From: Callorhinchus milii
Lineage: Eukaryota
Direction of reading: 5' to 3'
DNA: 64,000 nucleotides
Assembly: GCF_018977255.1 (NCBI RefSeq)
Contig: NW_024704742.1
Span: 133,054,001-133,118,000, forward strand
Part shown: positions 61,896 through 64,000 of the stretch, one piece after another
Layout: every line of letters starts with the position of its first letter
How positions within the stretch are numbered: the stretch's first letter is position 1
The notes under the pieces: model-generated
Told to the model about the DNA's origin: nothing
Databases searched by the model: none
Seen by the model: the letters and a program-made list of their open reading frames with translations, nothing else
Program-made: the position numbers and the translations under genes

Positions 61896-62485
61896 AATAC
61901 AATACAATACAATACAATACAATACAAAATTACATTTGTAAACGCCTTTTACATTGGGAGGACGTCCCAAAGCACTGAACATCAGGGATTACAACCCAGG
62001 AGTGGATGGGGGGAGAGGGCAGAGAGGGTAGGAGGATGGCTGAAGGCACGGTCGAAGAGGCGGGTCTTGAGGCGGGCCTTGAAGGAGGCAAGGGAGGGAG
62101 CGAGGTGAAGGGAATGTAGGATGGAGTTCCAGAGGGTGGGGGAAGAGAAGCTGATGGCCCAACTGACGATGGTGAGGAGGGCTGGGCGGGGGACATGGAG
62201 CAGGCCGGAGCCTGCTGAGCGAAGGGAGTGGACCAGTTTATAAGGGGTTAATAAGTTGGAGAGGTAGGAGGAGGCAAAGCCATGGAGGGCGTTGTAGGTG
62301 AGGACGAGAATTTTGAACTCGATCCTCTGAGGGATGGGGAGCCAGAGGAGCCTGGCAAGGGAGGGGGTGATGGGGTCACGGAGTCTGGTGCGGGAGAGGA
62401 TACGAGCTGTAGAGTTCTGGATGATCTGCAGGTTGTGGAGGGAAGAGTTGGGAAGGCCGACAAGCAGGTCACATAGTCCAGCCTG
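61896..62485 (-). mobile_element. L2 3' fragment with an (ATTGT)n tail
   Basis: LQIIQNSTARIL..ITPSLARLLWLPIPQRIEFKILVLTY; (AATAC)n at 61896-61926. Confidence 0.92.
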
Positions 62486-62601
62486 GTTGTCATGACTACA
62501 CCCCAAAGCTTTGAAACTCTCCCGCTCAATCCCTCCGTTTTGTGTTCGAGAGGAATGGTCGGTTTAATCTGTCCTGACTGATGTGCAATTTTGTGTCACA
62601 G

Positions 62602-62768
62602 GCATGGAGAAAAGGAAATTGAGTTTATTAGAGACGACAAGCACAAGAACAGATGCAACGTGAAGTTCGTTGAATTATTTTCCGCGAGTAAGTACACAGT
62701 GACAGTCGTTGCAAGGAACTCGTTGGGATCCAATTCCACCTCCATCTCGTTCAAAGAGGAAACCATAG
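62602..62768 (+). CDS. CNTFR: CNTFR-like receptor, second half of FN3 domain (HGEKEIEFIRDDKHKNRCNVKFVELFSASKYTVTVVARNSLGSNSTSISFKEETI)
   Basis: Acceptor ttttgtgtcacag, HG...KNRC...LFS..KY.V.V...N.LG.N pattern as in CNTFR, donor G|gtaagt, 167 nt, phase 2-1. The WSxWS-containing exons must lie beyond the window. Confidence 0.92.
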
Positions 62769-64000
62769 GTAAGTTCAGAGAAGCATTGACGTGGCAAAAA
62801 TATATATTTTTTGCTTGATCTGACATCCGCAAATCCGTCACCATGCTCAAGAGCATCTAAACCAAACCTAGAGTCTAGTTTAGACACTCTCATGCCACCT
62901 ACGCATGGAAATCTGCAATGGAATGCGCACGCTCTCTCTATCGGGGGATGGCGATCTAACTCTGGAGAGTATTAAGCACAGGTTTACGAGAGCTAAGGTT
63001 TAGGGGAACACCAGCGTGTACATTGGGGCATAAGTACTTAATCGGATTCTCCCGGTCAAAGCTTTGAGAGATCCATCAACAATAACAACAATGCCCTTCA
63101 CACGAGGTGGCATCTAGAGTGCTGAAGAATGGCAGAGTTGAAGAATGATGCCAAGCCAGGGAGAAAAGGGAAGTGACTCTAGGCATGATCGAAGAGGAAA
63201 GTCTTCAGGTGCAATTGGAAGCCAGACAAAGTGGGAGCGGCCAGAGAGATCGAGACAGGGAGTTCTGGAGATTTAGGGGTCGTGGCTGAAGGCATGGCTG
63301 CTGATGTTGTTCCCAAAATTGTGCTGGTTGGAGGTCTTTCCCTGAAACGAACTACTCCAGATCCACTTCTCTACTCTTTTCTCATAACCTGCAGTGTTGT
63401 TTTCCCAATGGGGACTTTGTCCTTTTGACGTTTAAGCTAAGCCCCACCGATTGCTTCAAAATCTCTGATTGAACATCTTCATTTGATTCTTGTTATTATA
63501 ACATAGTTTATGTTGCTCCTTCTGCTCATAATGGATTATTTCTCCCCTCACACACACAATCTCATGTTAGATCTCAACCATGGATGTTCCATTATCTGAT
63601 CAGCTCATTGCGTCACCAGGTCAGAGAAATACATTGACAGGAAGGGATCAACTTTGTATTTGGGAGTAAAATTGACTGTGACTGACTGCTGAGATCCTGA
63701 ACTTTTGAACGCAGGGTTTCAGTAAGGGATCAATTAGTTGCCGAAATCTACAAAGTATGACATTAGGCCATTTTTCTTTTCCCCTTTGAAAACGTATTTT
63801 CTTTTTACGTGGGTTGCTTTCCATTGTGTTTAATGCACTGTTCAAAGTGAGTAGCACATTAAAGGCAAATTGCCTTGGATCATGTTTCACTTATTGGTGC
63901 TAAGTTTGTTTTCCATCATTGGACGTGCTACAGGACATTGAGGCAGCTGTAATATCCTTAGGAAGTCCTGGTTAGTTTCACAATGCTCCTCCTAACTCAT

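Noticed and set aside
1..64000. CRISPR array, operons or other prokaryotic systems
   Set aside because: The sequence is a spliced vertebrate locus; its repeats are dispersed retroelements, not regularly spaced repeat-spacer units.

Overview
Vertebrate genomic DNA, most likely a cartilaginous fish (inferred from the mix of L2, CR1 and Deu-domain SINE repeats). The only host gene is on the + strand: four coding exons (2169-2247, 18036-18275, 58105-58222, 62602-62768) splice in frame into the signal peptide, Ig domain and first cytokine-binding FN3 domain of a CNTFR-like class I cytokine receptor, and the gene continues beyond the window. Most of the rest is intronic repeat DNA: tRNA-Ala-headed SINEs, SacSINE/AmnSINE-like Deu SINEs, L2 and CR1 fragments and two small MITEs. 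Most ORF-track entries come from these repeats. The main hidden element is a decayed 5.3 kb endogenous retrovirus on the - strand at 25997-31337, inside the 40 kb intron. It has paired LTRs, a CTGT target-site duplication, a tRNA-Lys3-like PBS, protease (FLLDTGA) and RT remnants, and an env in which an Ig V-set-like domain lacking both canonical cysteines precedes a snakehead-retrovirus/class III-like fusion protein. Family assignments rest on motif recognition and recalled sequences, not database searches. Repeat boundaries are approximate unless a TSD or TIR is cited.
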